Origin: Candidatus Adlerbacteria bacterium
GTDB taxonomy: Bacteria; Patescibacteriota; Minisyncoccia; Phycocordibacterales; SBAW01
DNA: 64,000 bases
Assembly (NCBI GenBank): GCA_963749085.1
Contig: CAVVLG010000003.1
Span: 219,380 to 283,379, forward strand
Direction: 5' to 3'
Positions 30,020-39,222 of this stretch are shown one piece after another. The position numbers and the translations under genes were made by a program. Every line of letters begins with the position of its first letter. Positions within the stretch are counted from its first letter, which is position 1. The notes under the pieces were generated by a model, which ran no database searches, had not been told where the DNA came from, and saw nothing but the letters and a program-made list of their open reading frames with translations.

Positions 30020-31043
30020 AGAAATACTCGTTTGTGTGCTCATCGCTTTTTTTGCTTTCGCGGGCGTAACTCATGCGCAGTCGACCGACGGAGTGCCTCC
30101 TCCGGTGCAATATAACGTGGCGCCCGAAACGCCAGGACCAGATACACCGGTTACCATTACGGTTCAGGGGGTTGGCACTTTTTTGGGCAATTCAAATGTT
30201 ATCTGGTCGCAAGACGGTGCAGTCGTTTCCTCAGGTGTCGGAGACAGCAGTTATTCCTTCACTACGGGGGCGCTCGGGCAAGTAACGACCATACATGTGG
30301 AAATAGACTCCGCCACAGAAGGCACCATAACGCAGGACTTCACTATTAATCCTTCGTTGGTTGACTTAGTGTGGGAGGCCGATACCAGTGCTCCTCCTTT
30401 TTATAGAGGCAAACCGCTTTATAGCGCGGGCTCAGGACTTAAAGTAGTTGCCTTTCCAATAGTGATCTCAAATGGCACTCGGGTTGCTGCATCAAGCCTC
30501 TCGTACCAATGGACGCGAGATAGTGTACCCCAGGCGGCAGCTTCCGGACTTGGAGAAAACACGTTCTCTTTTACGGGCGACCAATTGCAAACGGGGGAAG
30601 ATGTTGAGGTTGACATTTATCTTGGCAATACGCTGGTAGGCCAGGGTGAAGTCGTGATTCCGAGTTCATCTCCTCAAGTGGTGCTCTATGATCAAGACCC
30701 TCTGCGCGGTACGTTATACGATGAAGCGTTGCCGAGTGCGATATCGCTCGACACTAAAGAGTTAACCGTGCAGGCGGTGCCGTACTATTTTTCAAACACG
30801 AGCATAAGCGACGGCGCACTCTCTTATAGCTGGACGCTTAACGGCAACACCATAACCGGCCCTGAATCCGCGCAGGGGATACTGACCCTACTGCAAACGG
30901 GAAGTGGAACGGGCGCGGCGAATCTCGCCGTATCGGTGCAGAACAATGATCCTGATAAATTGGTACAAGCGGCAAGTGCGGCGCTCCAAATTGTATTCGG
31001 GCAATCAACAGGTTCTAGCCCTTCATCATTCTTTGGACCATGA
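29976..31043 (+). CDS. Hypothetical secreted protein (signal peptide)
   Basis: The signal-like N-terminus is ILVCVLIAFFAFAGVTHAQ. No recognisable domain. Confidence 0.45.
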   Translation: MKIYDHHKLMHKLHKEILVCVLIAFFAFAGVTHAQSTDGVPPPVQYNVAPETPGPDTPVTITVQGVGTFLGNSNVIWSQDGAVVSSGVGDSSYSFTTGALGQVTTIHVEIDSATEGTITQDFTINPSLVDLVWEADTSAPPFYRGKPLYSAGSGLKVVAFPIVISNGTRVAASSLSYQWTRDSVPQAAASGLGENTFSFTGDQLQTGEDVEVDIYLGNTLVGQGEVVIPSSSPQVVLYDQDPLRGTLYDEALPSAISLDTKELTVQAVPYYFSNTSISDGALSYSWTLNGNTITGPESAQGILTLLQTGSGTGAANLAVSVQNNDPDKLVQAASAALQIVFGQSTGSSPSSFFGP

Positions 31044-31978
31044 AAAAACTGCTTTTAAATGCGGGGTTGTTCTCTCTTTTGTTTTCCATAGGTATGCTCG
31101 TTCCCGTCGTGCATGCACAGGTCGGCGGTATACCTGAATATACAGGTAGCCCTCCCTCGACATCGGCGCCAAATTATAATTGTCCTTCCGGTCAGACCTA
31201 TTCATCAACTGGTAGTAATGGGTCAGGTGGGTGTGTTGCCTTACCTACGACAGCAAACCCAGCTGGCACACCAACTAACGGTTCTAATCTCACTTATACC
31301 CCCCTTGAACCGATACCAGGTGCAACCACAAATGCAAACGGAACCGCGCTTAGTTTTCCGGCGCTGATAAATAGTATGTTTACCGTTCTCTTTACTGTAG
31401 GAGCACTGTTTGCGGTGCTTATGCTCACAATAAGTGGCATACGGTATATGCTCTCGGATGTCGTCATTAATAAAGAGAGAGCAATAAAACGTATTACAGC
31501 CTGTATCTACGGCCTACTCCTCTTAGCTGGCACGTGGCTCATACTGAACACCATAAACCCACAGCTACTTAATTTTACACTCATTCCGTGTCCACAGGGA
31601 AGTACCGGATGTACGATCACGGGTGCACCACCGACAAATACAACGCCTCCACCAAATCCTTATTCTTCTATTTCATTTCAACAGGCGGTACAAAACGAGC
31701 AGACGGTTCAAAACGCAATTACAGATAATACCGACGCGCAAAATGCACAGACATACGACCAATCTAACTGTGCTTCTATCGCCCAGCAACAAACTGCGCT
31801 CGTCCAAACGGCAAGTGCTCCCCCAGCGGGGGGTGGTCAGGGCTGTGTCATTAACGTAAGTGGGATGTTCGGGAGTGTAGGCAACACCCAATGCCTCTCT
31901 TATAGAGTACAGTATCAATCATTTTGCGACCAACTCGCAGAATGCCAGTCGGATGGGAACGGTACTTATAATTGTTGA
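31040..31978 (+). CDS. Candidate T4SS pilin-like protein (VirB2/TrbC-like topology) with a signal peptide, a Pro/Thr-rich spacer, two adjacent TM helices and a Cys-rich C-terminus
   Basis: The signal peptide is MKKLLLNAGLFSLLFSIGMLVPVVHAQ. The paired helices are FTVLFTVGALFAVLMLTISGIRYML and ITACIYGLLLLAGTWLILNTI. The assignment rests on topology and genomic context only. Confidence 0.4.
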   Translation: MKKLLLNAGLFSLLFSIGMLVPVVHAQVGGIPEYTGSPPSTSAPNYNCPSGQTYSSTGSNGSGGCVALPTTANPAGTPTNGSNLTYTPLEPIPGATTNANGTALSFPALINSMFTVLFTVGALFAVLMLTISGIRYMLSDVVINKERAIKRITACIYGLLLLAGTWLILNTINPQLLNFTLIPCPQGSTGCTITGAPPTNTTPPPNPYSSISFQQAVQNEQTVQNAITDNTDAQNAQTYDQSNCASIAQQQTALVQTASAPPAGGGQGCVINVSGMFGSVGNTQCLSYRVQYQSFCDQLAECQSDGNGTYNC

Positions 31979-31987
31979 TTTAATAAA

Positions 31988-33226
31988 ATGAAAAACACTT
32001 TTACACTACTATTTAGTGCCGTAATAATTTTACTTTTGATATTCCTTGCAATTTGGTTTTTCTTTTTCCGACCATCTGCGCCGGGGCAAACTACACCTAC
32101 CTCTTCTTTCGGCACAGCAGCAAATAATTCAACGACGGTTACGAGCAACACCTCTTCAAACTCAACCCAGTCGACCAATGTGCCGTTAACGCAATCTGCC
32201 GCACAAAAGATATTTGAAATTGCGACAGGTCCAGTGGTCGGCGCAACGCTGATACAGACGCTCGACCCTACGACCACCCTCGCGCGATACATAGATGCAG
32301 ATGATGGTCATGTGTATGACTTGCCGCTCGATGTTCCCGGTGCCATACCGCAGGTCGTCTCCGATACGACCATCCCTGGCGGTGTGGACGCTATCTGGGT
32401 AGACGACGGCAATGCGGTAGTCATGCAGTACCTCGATACTAGCGATGCGGTAAAAACGCTATATATGAACTTCCAAGTTACAACCTCGAGTTCTTCTTCA
32501 CTTGAGGCGACCAAAATACTATTTTTGCCAAACAATATCATCGGCATCGCTGCCTCTCCTGACGGCAAGGACGTCGTATATCTGCTCCAAACCGCAAGCG
32601 GCTCTGACGGCTATACCGCAAAGGCAGACGGCACCGGTGCCAAAAAACTATTTTCTCTCCCACTCTCGCAGATGATTATTTCTTGGCCTTCGAAGGGTAC
32701 CCTCTTGGCGTATACCAAATCGGCTGCAGGCGTACCCGGTATTGTGTTTGCAATCGACGTTAAAAGTGGAAACGTGACGCCGCTTGTGTATGCCGACGGT
32801 ATCACTGCGACGGCTGACCCGACATTTGCGAATGTCATTTATCAGGTGGTATTAAGTGATGGGTCTGCGCCGATTACCTACATTCACAACGTTAGCACTG
32901 GACTTAATCAGGCTGCCGATTTCAATCCTGCCCCTGAAAGATGTATCTGGAGTGAAATTGTCACCTCATTTATGTACTGCGCTATTTCGACCGTAGATAC
33001 GCAATCAAATTTCCTCGACTTGTGGCATCAAGGCGAAACTGGCGGAGGGGATGCTATCTTTTCTTTTGACGTCTCTAAGAATACTGACAATCTCGTTGCA
33101 GCTCTTTCGAACAGTATGGGGTCAAGCGATATTTCAGAAATGGCACTCTCGCCCGATGAGCACTATCTCGACTTCGTGACCAAAGGCGACCGAACGCTGT
33201 GGGGTGTGCGCCTTACACAACCGTAG
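31988..33226 (+). CDS. N-terminally anchored extracytoplasmic protein, probably a beta-propeller (TolB/WD40-like) fold
   Basis: The TM segment is FTLLFSAVIILLLIFLAIWFFFF. Repeated SPDGK/SPDE blade-like motifs are present. Confidence 0.4.
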   Translation: MKNTFTLLFSAVIILLLIFLAIWFFFFRPSAPGQTTPTSSFGTAANNSTTVTSNTSSNSTQSTNVPLTQSAAQKIFEIATGPVVGATLIQTLDPTTTLARYIDADDGHVYDLPLDVPGAIPQVVSDTTIPGGVDAIWVDDGNAVVMQYLDTSDAVKTLYMNFQVTTSSSSSLEATKILFLPNNIIGIAASPDGKDVVYLLQTASGSDGYTAKADGTGAKKLFSLPLSQMIISWPSKGTLLAYTKSAAGVPGIVFAIDVKSGNVTPLVYADGITATADPTFANVIYQVVLSDGSAPITYIHNVSTGLNQAADFNPAPERCIWSEIVTSFMYCAISTVDTQSNFLDLWHQGETGGGDAIFSFDVSKNTDNLVAALSNSMGSSDISEMALSPDEHYLDFVTKGDRTLWGVRLTQP

Positions 33227-33689
33227 TCCCTTGCGTCGAACGATACTTCAGTACGATGTGGCGAAATTTTCCTTCGCCTTCTGACACTGTCTTTATCTCC
33301 GGATCTTCAGCAAACAACTCATGCACTACTAACCGCTCGTAGGAAGAGAGCGGCTCCATCTCGACATCGTGCTTAAAAAGCCGTGCACGCTGCGCAAGCA
33401 TGCGAGCGGCCGAGCGTACGTGTTCAAGCTGATCTTCGTGGTAATTGTTAACGTCAATAAGGAAGTTCGCTACTTCCTCGCCGTGGTGGGTTTCTACGAG
33501 CCTGCGCGCGAGTGTATTGAGCGCGCGTAAATGCTCCCCATGAGGACCGATAAGGAGTTTGGAATCCTGCGAAGTAATCCGTACGACCGTGCGGTGACCA
33601 TTGTCTATCTCTACGGCCGCGTTCTCAACTCCCAACTGGGAGAGAAGGTCGGTGATATGTTGTTTGAGAAGCTCCGGGTTCATGCGCAC
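33213..33689 (-). CDS. jag: Jag/KhpB-like RNA-binding protein (KH + R3H domains)
   Basis: The segment VVRITSQDSKLLIGPHGEHLRALNTLARRLV is KH-like and FRHIVLKYR is R3H-like. It is downstream of yidC in the canonical operon. Confidence 0.7.
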   Translation of the reverse strand: MRMNPELLKQHITDLLSQLGVENAAVEIDNGHRTVVRITSQDSKLLIGPHGEHLRALNTLARRLVETHHGEEVANFLIDVNNYHEDQLEHVRSAARMLAQRARLFKHDVEMEPLSSYERLVVHELFAEDPEIKTVSEGEGKFRHIVLKYRSTQGTTVV

Positions 33690-33724
33690 ACAATACCCTA
33701 AGAGACTCCTCTATCGCAACTTGA

Positions 33725-34447
33725 CTACTTTTTTTTCCTGAGTTCGCGGCGTATGAGCCACTCCTGGCCCAAAGAAATAACGTTGCCGGTGGCAAAATAA
33801 AGGCCGGCCGCCGAAGGGAGGGTGAAGGAAATGACCGCAAAGAGGCCGGGCATGAAATACAGCATCATTTTTTGCTGCATCGCTTGCGCCTGCGCTTTTT
33901 CAGGCGAGAGTGACTTTGATTTCGGGGTGCGCATAAGCGAGAGATGGATAACCGCGTATTGGAGCAAGCCGACTACCAAGGCAAGAATGATATTGTGCGC
34001 GTTGGAAAGATTTAAAAATCCCAAGAACTGCAAATTAACGTTTACGGGATTCGAGACGAACGAATAGAGGAGCGTAGTGGCAACATGGGGAAGTCCTCCG
34101 TCTTCGCGAAAGAATGCGTAGTACAAGGCGATGAATATAGGTATCTGCACCAGAATGGCAACAAAACCGGCGAGTGGGCGGATATTGCGCTCCTTGAAAA
34201 GCGCCATGGTGTGTTTTGCCTTTTCGTCGGGGTTGTCTTTGTATTTTTTATTTATTTCATCGAGCTCACCTTGCGCCGCCGCCATGCCCATTTGGGTTCG
34301 TATGGACGCGCTGAAGGCCGGATAAAACAGAACGCGCATCACCACCGTCATGGCGATGATAGCGAGCCCCACGTCGCCGTGCGGCATGACGTCGATGAGG
34401 AAGATAAACGCGTTGTAGAGGGGTTGTATTAAGTAAGTTTGGAACAT
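33725..34447 (-). CDS. yidC: Membrane protein insertase YidC/Oxa1 (short Gram-positive type)
   Basis: The motifs LAIIAMTVVMRVLFYP and IRPLAGFVAILVQIPIFIALYY are present. Its position is after rnpA. Confidence 0.85.
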   Translation of the reverse strand: MFQTYLIQPLYNAFIFLIDVMPHGDVGLAIIAMTVVMRVLFYPAFSASIRTQMGMAAAQGELDEINKKYKDNPDEKAKHTMALFKERNIRPLAGFVAILVQIPIFIALYYAFFREDGGLPHVATTLLYSFVSNPVNVNLQFLGFLNLSNAHNIILALVVGLLQYAVIHLSLMRTPKSKSLSPEKAQAQAMQQKMMLYFMPGLFAVISFTLPSAAGLYFATGNVISLGQEWLIRRELRKKK

Positions 34448-34728
34448 AAGGTTTTAACTTCGCGTCGTATAGCTTCAAGGGATGCCGCTTTGCGGACAAA
34501 AAACACAACATGCGCGCGGGGAAGTTTCGTGAGCTCCCGGTAGACGCTGCGGCGCAATGCATTTCGTAAGATCGCCTTCTTAGCTGTCTTCTTTGATACC
34601 ACGACGGCTACTTTTCCAGTCGACGTCGCTATCCATTTTACCGCTAAAGGGCCGCTTGAGAGCGAACGGCCTTCTTTGAGAACACGGCGAACCTCAACGG
34701 CCCTTAAACGACGCGAAGCGGGAAGCAT
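34429..34728 (-). CDS. rnpA: Ribonuclease P protein component
   Basis: The motifs MLPASRRL...VVVSKKTAKKAILRNALRR are present. It lies 4 nt downstream of rpmH. Confidence 0.85.
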   Translation of the reverse strand: MLPASRRLRAVEVRRVLKEGRSLSSGPLAVKWIATSTGKVAVVVSKKTAKKAILRNALRRSVYRELTKLPRAHVVFFVRKAASLEAIRREVKTLCSKLT

Positions 34729-34732
34729 GGCG

Positions 34733-34867
34733 CTACACCGAGAGCCTCGCACGCCCCTTGCGGGCGCGCCGCTTCAATGTCGCGCGGCCTCCGGCGGTTT
34801 TTGTGCGCTTCAAATACCCGTGCGAGCGAGCGCGTTTGCGCTTTTTGGGTTGATAAGTTTGCGACAT
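34733..34867 (-). CDS. rpmH: 50S ribosomal protein L34 (44 aa; below the ORF-track length cutoff)
   Basis: The minus strand translates to [44 protein letters not shown]. Confidence 0.85.
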   Translation of the reverse strand: MSQTYQPKKRKRARSHGYLKRTKTAGGRATLKRRARKGRARLSV

Positions 34868-34910
34868 GACTAGAACCATATCACACCATATAGCCTATAT
34901 ACAACTTCCC

Positions 34911-35171
34911 CTACCCGTATAGTTCGGAGTGAGTTCCAATTTTTATAAAAAGCACGATGTCCTGTCTTATTGGTTCATAGATAGCCCGAAAATTCCCGGT
35001 TATATTGATGCTTCGATAACCTGCATACGCTCCATGCAGTGCATGGTTATCAAGAAGCGGATGAAACGGATTTTTGAGAAATAAATCTCGGCGTTCTTGG
35101 AATTGTTCTTTAATCTTCTTTGGCAACTTGTCAAATCGCTTTACAAAACGATCGTCAAGAATTATTTTCAT
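34911..35171 (-). CDS. Type II toxin, RelE/YafQ-family mRNA interferase
   Basis: Length is 86 aa. The motifs DNHALHGAYAGYRSINITGNFRAIY are present. It overlaps the upstream antitoxin ORF by 4 nt. Confidence 0.65.
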   Translation of the reverse strand: MKIILDDRFVKRFDKLPKKIKEQFQERRDLFLKNPFHPLLDNHALHGAYAGYRSINITGNFRAIYEPIRQDIVLFIKIGTHSELYG

Positions 35172-35449
35172 GCACGCCGATTAAGCCACGCGTCCATCTC
35201 TTTACCGGAAGAAAATGCTGGAGAAACGTTTTTTCCTTTCCGGAAATCTGCGCTCGCTTTGCGGAGTTCCCGTCCGGTCTTGGCATTAGGTATTTCTCTG
35301 CGCACGATGCCGATACCATACTCTCCTTCCGCAAACTTTTCCGTCGCCATTTTGAGAAAGGAAGCAAAAGGGACGCCTTCCCGCTTGGCTCGCTTCATCG
35401 CTTTAGCCTTAATCTTCGGATCGATGTTAAATACAATTTGGGTGGTCAT
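35168..35449 (-). CDS. Type II antitoxin, RelB/DinJ-like (RHH)
   Basis: Length is 93 aa. The N-terminus IVFNIDPKIKAKAMKRAKREGVPFASFLK is RHH-like. It sits immediately upstream of the RelE-like toxin. Confidence 0.6.
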   Translation of the reverse strand: MTTQIVFNIDPKIKAKAMKRAKREGVPFASFLKMATEKFAEGEYGIGIVRREIPNAKTGRELRKASADFRKGKNVSPAFSSGKEMDAWLNRRA

Positions 35450-35539
35450 ATATATAGCTTATACATAGCTCAGATATATGTCAACTTCCACCGCAGCCTG
35501 GGCAAGCCCCCCTGTACTGTGTGCAAGGTGTCCCGCTGT

Positions 35540-35779
35540 CTATAAATTTTTATAGGTACCCTCGTTGCGTAGCCCTATGTGATCAATGATAAGCACCTGG
35601 TGCTCGTAATGAAAGACTATTCTGAGACGACCCTTCCGAACGCGGAATTTTTCATGGCCAGAAAGCCTGACAACATTGAGACTGTGAAAGTTTCTCGTCA
35701 GCAATCTCTCAACCATTTCTTCCAACTGGGCGCGCTGTTTCTTATTTAACTTTCGAAGAAGTTTTTCGTGCTCGTTCAT
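35540..35779 (-). CDS. Type II toxin, RelE/ParE family
   Basis: Length is 79 aa. The segment FRVRKGRLRIVFHYEHQVLIIDHIGLR has the typical RelE/ParE C-terminal pattern. It overlaps the upstream antitoxin. Confidence 0.65.
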   Translation of the reverse strand: MNEHEKLLRKLNKKQRAQLEEMVERLLTRNFHSLNVVRLSGHEKFRVRKGRLRIVFHYEHQVLIIDHIGLRNEGTYKNL

Positions 35780-36032
35780 GCGTTTTTATTCTGCGGAGTA
35801 TGCGCAGCACCTCGCCACCCGCAATGCCCTTGCCTTTATTATCGCGGTCAGCATCAAAAATAGTGCCCCACTCTACTTCGCTTTCCCCAGCGTCCACCGG
35901 AGCCATGCGAAATACCGGTTTCGAGCGCCGCAATACCGTAAATGAAGAACCGCGCTCGACGTCCTTTATGTATTTGTCGAGATTAACGCGTAACTCCTTA
36001 AGTCCAACGAGATTATGTTTAGCCATATCCAT
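35742..36032 (-). CDS. Type II antitoxin, Phd/YefM family
   Basis: The segment LVGLKELRVNLDKYIKDVERGSSFTVLRRSKPVFRMAPVD has a Phd/YefM fold signature. The ORF extends to 36062. Confidence 0.6.
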   Translation of the reverse strand: MDMAKHNLVGLKELRVNLDKYIKDVERGSSFTVLRRSKPVFRMAPVDAGESEVEWGTIFDADRDNKGKGIAGGEVLRILRRIKTHERARKTSSKVK

Positions 36033-36169
36033 AAGTTTATCCTCAGATGAACTTTGAGTCAAATCGTCCTGTCAAATGTGGTTTATACACACGTTCTCCA
36101 CACCTTATGCACAAAACTGCAAATTTTGACTCGGGGAGAAGAGACGGGTATCCTTGGTTACGACTCGCC

Positions 36170-37513
36170 ATGACAACTACGAAGGAACTCTGGGAAAATG
36201 CACTGGTTGAGCTCGAGCTCACCATATCAAAACCGAATTTCAACACGTGGTTTAAAGATACACACATCGTGAGAGTGGAGGACGGCGCGGTCCACCTCGG
36301 CGTCCCCTCGCAATTCGCCCGCGACTGGCTCTCCACCAAGTTCCACAAGGATATTCTTCGCTCCCTGCGCGGGCTCTCCGAGAACGTGCGGGTGGTTGAG
36401 TACGTTATTTCCCGCAGCGCCAAGAAAACGAGCGAGGAAGTGGCGCTCTCAGTCCCGGCCGCCGCTCAAGAACTTCCCCTTGAGGCGGTACATCCAAAGA
36501 CCAATCTTAATCCGCGCTTCACGCTTGGCTCTTTCGTTGTGGGACCCTTCAATGAACTCGCCCATGCGGCAGCGCAGGCAGTCATACGCAAGCCCGGCAT
36601 CGCTTACAACCCGCTCTTGGTGTACGGGCCCACCGGTTTGGGCAAGACGCACCTCATACAGGCGGTGGGAAATCATTTCCGCATGAGCGCGCCGGAGCGA
36701 AAGGTCTACTACACCACCTCGGAGAAGTTCTCCATGGACTATGTGTCATCGCTTCAGAGCAACAAAACACAAAGCTTCAAGGAAAAATACCGGCAGTACG
36801 ACCTTCTCATCATGGACGACATTCAATTTCTGGCCGGCCGAGACAAAATAAAGGAGGAATTCTTCCATTTGTTCAACTTTTTGCACGACAACAACAAACA
36901 ATTGGTCTTCTCCTCCGACCAGCACCCCAACGTCATCCAAAACCTCGAGGATAGGCTCAAATCGCGCTTTGCAGCGGGCATGGTGGTCTCGGTGACACCG
37001 CCCGATCATCAATCGCGTTTGGCCATTGTGCGTTCAAAAGCGGCCGCTCACGGCGTCATGATGCCAGATGAGGTGCTCGAATACCTGGCTGCCACGGTTG
37101 AGGGCAACGTACGGGAGCTTGAAGGCGCTCTAAACACGCTTCTCATACAGTTTGAGATGCGCGGCAATCCCTTGACGTTGAGCGACGCCAAAACGCTCCT
37201 GCGCGGCGCGGGGGCTGCCACAAAAAAGGCGGTGTCGGTGCAGGAAGTGGTCAAGACTATTGCCAGTTTTTACGGAGTGGAGGAGACGAGTATTTATGAG
37301 AAGACGCGGCGCAAGGAAGTGGTGCGCCCGCGCCAGGTGATTATGTATTTATTGCGCGAGGATTTTCGCATTTCCTTCCCCACCATAGGGGAGAAACTCG
37401 GTGGACGCGATCACACCACCGTCATTCATTCCTGCGAGAAAATACGCAATGACATTCTTGGGGATAGTGTGCTTTCTCAGGAGGTACATCAGATTCGTCT
37501 GATGTTGAAATGA
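36170..37513 (+). CDS. dnaA: Chromosomal replication initiator protein DnaA
   Basis: Walker A is LLVYGPTGLGKTHL. The AAA+ sensor motifs and the C-terminal DNA-binding helix GEKLGGRDHTTVIHSCEKI are present. The ORF opens at 36047; the start is taken at MTTTKELW. Confidence 0.9.
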   Translation: MTTTKELWENALVELELTISKPNFNTWFKDTHIVRVEDGAVHLGVPSQFARDWLSTKFHKDILRSLRGLSENVRVVEYVISRSAKKTSEEVALSVPAAAQELPLEAVHPKTNLNPRFTLGSFVVGPFNELAHAAAQAVIRKPGIAYNPLLVYGPTGLGKTHLIQAVGNHFRMSAPERKVYYTTSEKFSMDYVSSLQSNKTQSFKEKYRQYDLLIMDDIQFLAGRDKIKEEFFHLFNFLHDNNKQLVFSSDQHPNVIQNLEDRLKSRFAAGMVVSVTPPDHQSRLAIVRSKAAAHGVMMPDEVLEYLAATVEGNVRELEGALNTLLIQFEMRGNPLTLSDAKTLLRGAGAATKKAVSVQEVVKTIASFYGVEETSIYEKTRRKEVVRPRQVIMYLLREDFRISFPTIGEKLGGRDHTTVIHSCEKIRNDILGDSVLSQEVHQIRLMLK

Positions 37514-37712
37514 TGGGGAGAAGTGGTAGAAATACGCGGGGATAATTGGGGATAAGAAAAGAGAAACATTCTCTGATGAAGACTTTATGAAACTTACCAC
37601 CACCTTATCAAAAAACGGAGTGTATAAAAAAGCCTTTAATAATAATGGTTTTATCGACTTCTCCCCCTATCCACAGAGCTAATAGTAATAGTAGTTTTTA
37701 TATAGATACTTT

Positions 37713-38810
37713 ATGAAATTTGAATGTACAGCTGAACAGTTATTGGGAGCAGTGGGGACAGCGGTGCGTTTTGTCGAACGACGGCCTAATTTGCCCGTGC
37801 TTCATAGTATTCTCCTTACCGCTGAGGGTGGAAGAGTTACTTTGCGGGCAACGAATCTTGAGTGTGGGGTTGAAATTATGATGCCGGCGAAAATTTCAAG
37901 TGAGGGGAGTGTGGCAGTCCCCGGTGCCGTTCTCTACGGATTTTTATCGAACAACAAAGGGAAAGGTATGTCTATTTCGGTGGTGAATGATTTGTTTAAA
38001 ATTGACGCCGAGCGCGCGTCTGCGTCAATAAAAACGGTGCCGGCGGATGATTTTCCTATTTTACCGAAAGTATCTGCTGAAAAATCATTCACTATCAAAT
38101 CGAACGACCTTATTCGTGCTATTCGGAGCGTTGCATATTGCGCATCGGTGTCGGCAATAAAACCGGAGCTTCAGAGCGTATTACTTTTTGGGGAGGCGGG
38201 GAAAGTAACTGCCGTTGCAACGGATTCATTCCGTTTGGCGGAGAAATCGGCACCACTGCGTGGGGGAGGAAGTGTGCCGCATCTGCTGGTACCCGCACGC
38301 AACGCCGCCGAGCTTATACGTATTCTCGAAGGAAATTCCGGTGACGTTGAGTTGTATTACAACGATCACCAACTCTCGACCCACATCGGCGATGTCTACT
38401 ACACCTCTCGCCTTATTGACGGCGCGTTCCCGAATTATCGCCAGATTCTTCCTAAAAAATTCTCAACTGAAGTTGTAGTATTGCGTGAAGATCTCGCAGG
38501 AGCACTTAAAGCACTTTCAGTTTTCGCTGATAAATTTGCGCAAGTTTCTTTTAGCGTTGAGCCCGCTAAAAAAGCAATTTTACTTTCATCACGTAATCCT
38601 GATGTGGGCGAACAAGTCTCAACCGTCCGCGCGACTATCCAAGGCGATGCGGTCGCGATGAATTTTAATGGTCGCTATCTTGCCGACAGCTTGCAGGCAA
38701 TCTCAGGTGAATCAGTGCGTGTTCAATCCAACGGTCCAGGTAAACCACTTCTCATCAAAGACGCGGCGGACGAATCGTTCTTCTATCTAGCAATGCCGAT
38801 GAATCGGTAG
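37713..38810 (+). CDS. dnaN: DNA polymerase III beta sliding clamp
   Basis: The N-terminus MKFECTAEQLLGAVGTAVRFV...LHSILLTAEGGRVTLRATNLE is present. Length is 365 aa. It is immediately downstream of dnaA. Confidence 0.9.
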   Translation: MKFECTAEQLLGAVGTAVRFVERRPNLPVLHSILLTAEGGRVTLRATNLECGVEIMMPAKISSEGSVAVPGAVLYGFLSNNKGKGMSISVVNDLFKIDAERASASIKTVPADDFPILPKVSAEKSFTIKSNDLIRAIRSVAYCASVSAIKPELQSVLLFGEAGKVTAVATDSFRLAEKSAPLRGGGSVPHLLVPARNAAELIRILEGNSGDVELYYNDHQLSTHIGDVYYTSRLIDGAFPNYRQILPKKFSTEVVVLREDLAGALKALSVFADKFAQVSFSVEPAKKAILLSSRNPDVGEQVSTVRATIQGDAVAMNFNGRYLADSLQAISGESVRVQSNGPGKPLLIKDAADESFFYLAMPMNR

Positions 38811-39222
38811 GGTTCGATTTCTACCCTTCCAGATCGACACGTTTATAAAAATACTGTAAATTTTCAATAGAGTCGTTTTCTTGATGGAGGATATAATGCG
38901 CGCTGTTGTATTCCAGGAGCATATACCGCTCGCTCTAAGGGGTGGGGGTATTTGGTGGGTCGGTCAGTGCATAGAACGCGATATTGCTGTGCAGGCAAAG
39001 ACTCTCCCCGGTATTAAAAAAGAATTCAAAAGAATCTTTGGTATCTATAGGTCGATCCGTTATCGACTGCATAGGCACCCCAAACCGCCAGTATACGCAG
39101 TACGAAGACCGGGACGGATCATCCATATCTAGCCGCATCGAGATTTTAAGGCGTTCGTCATCCAACGATCGCCTTTTCTTTTGTTACACTGGTTCGAATC
39201 TCGTTCCACACTCCCAGCATTT

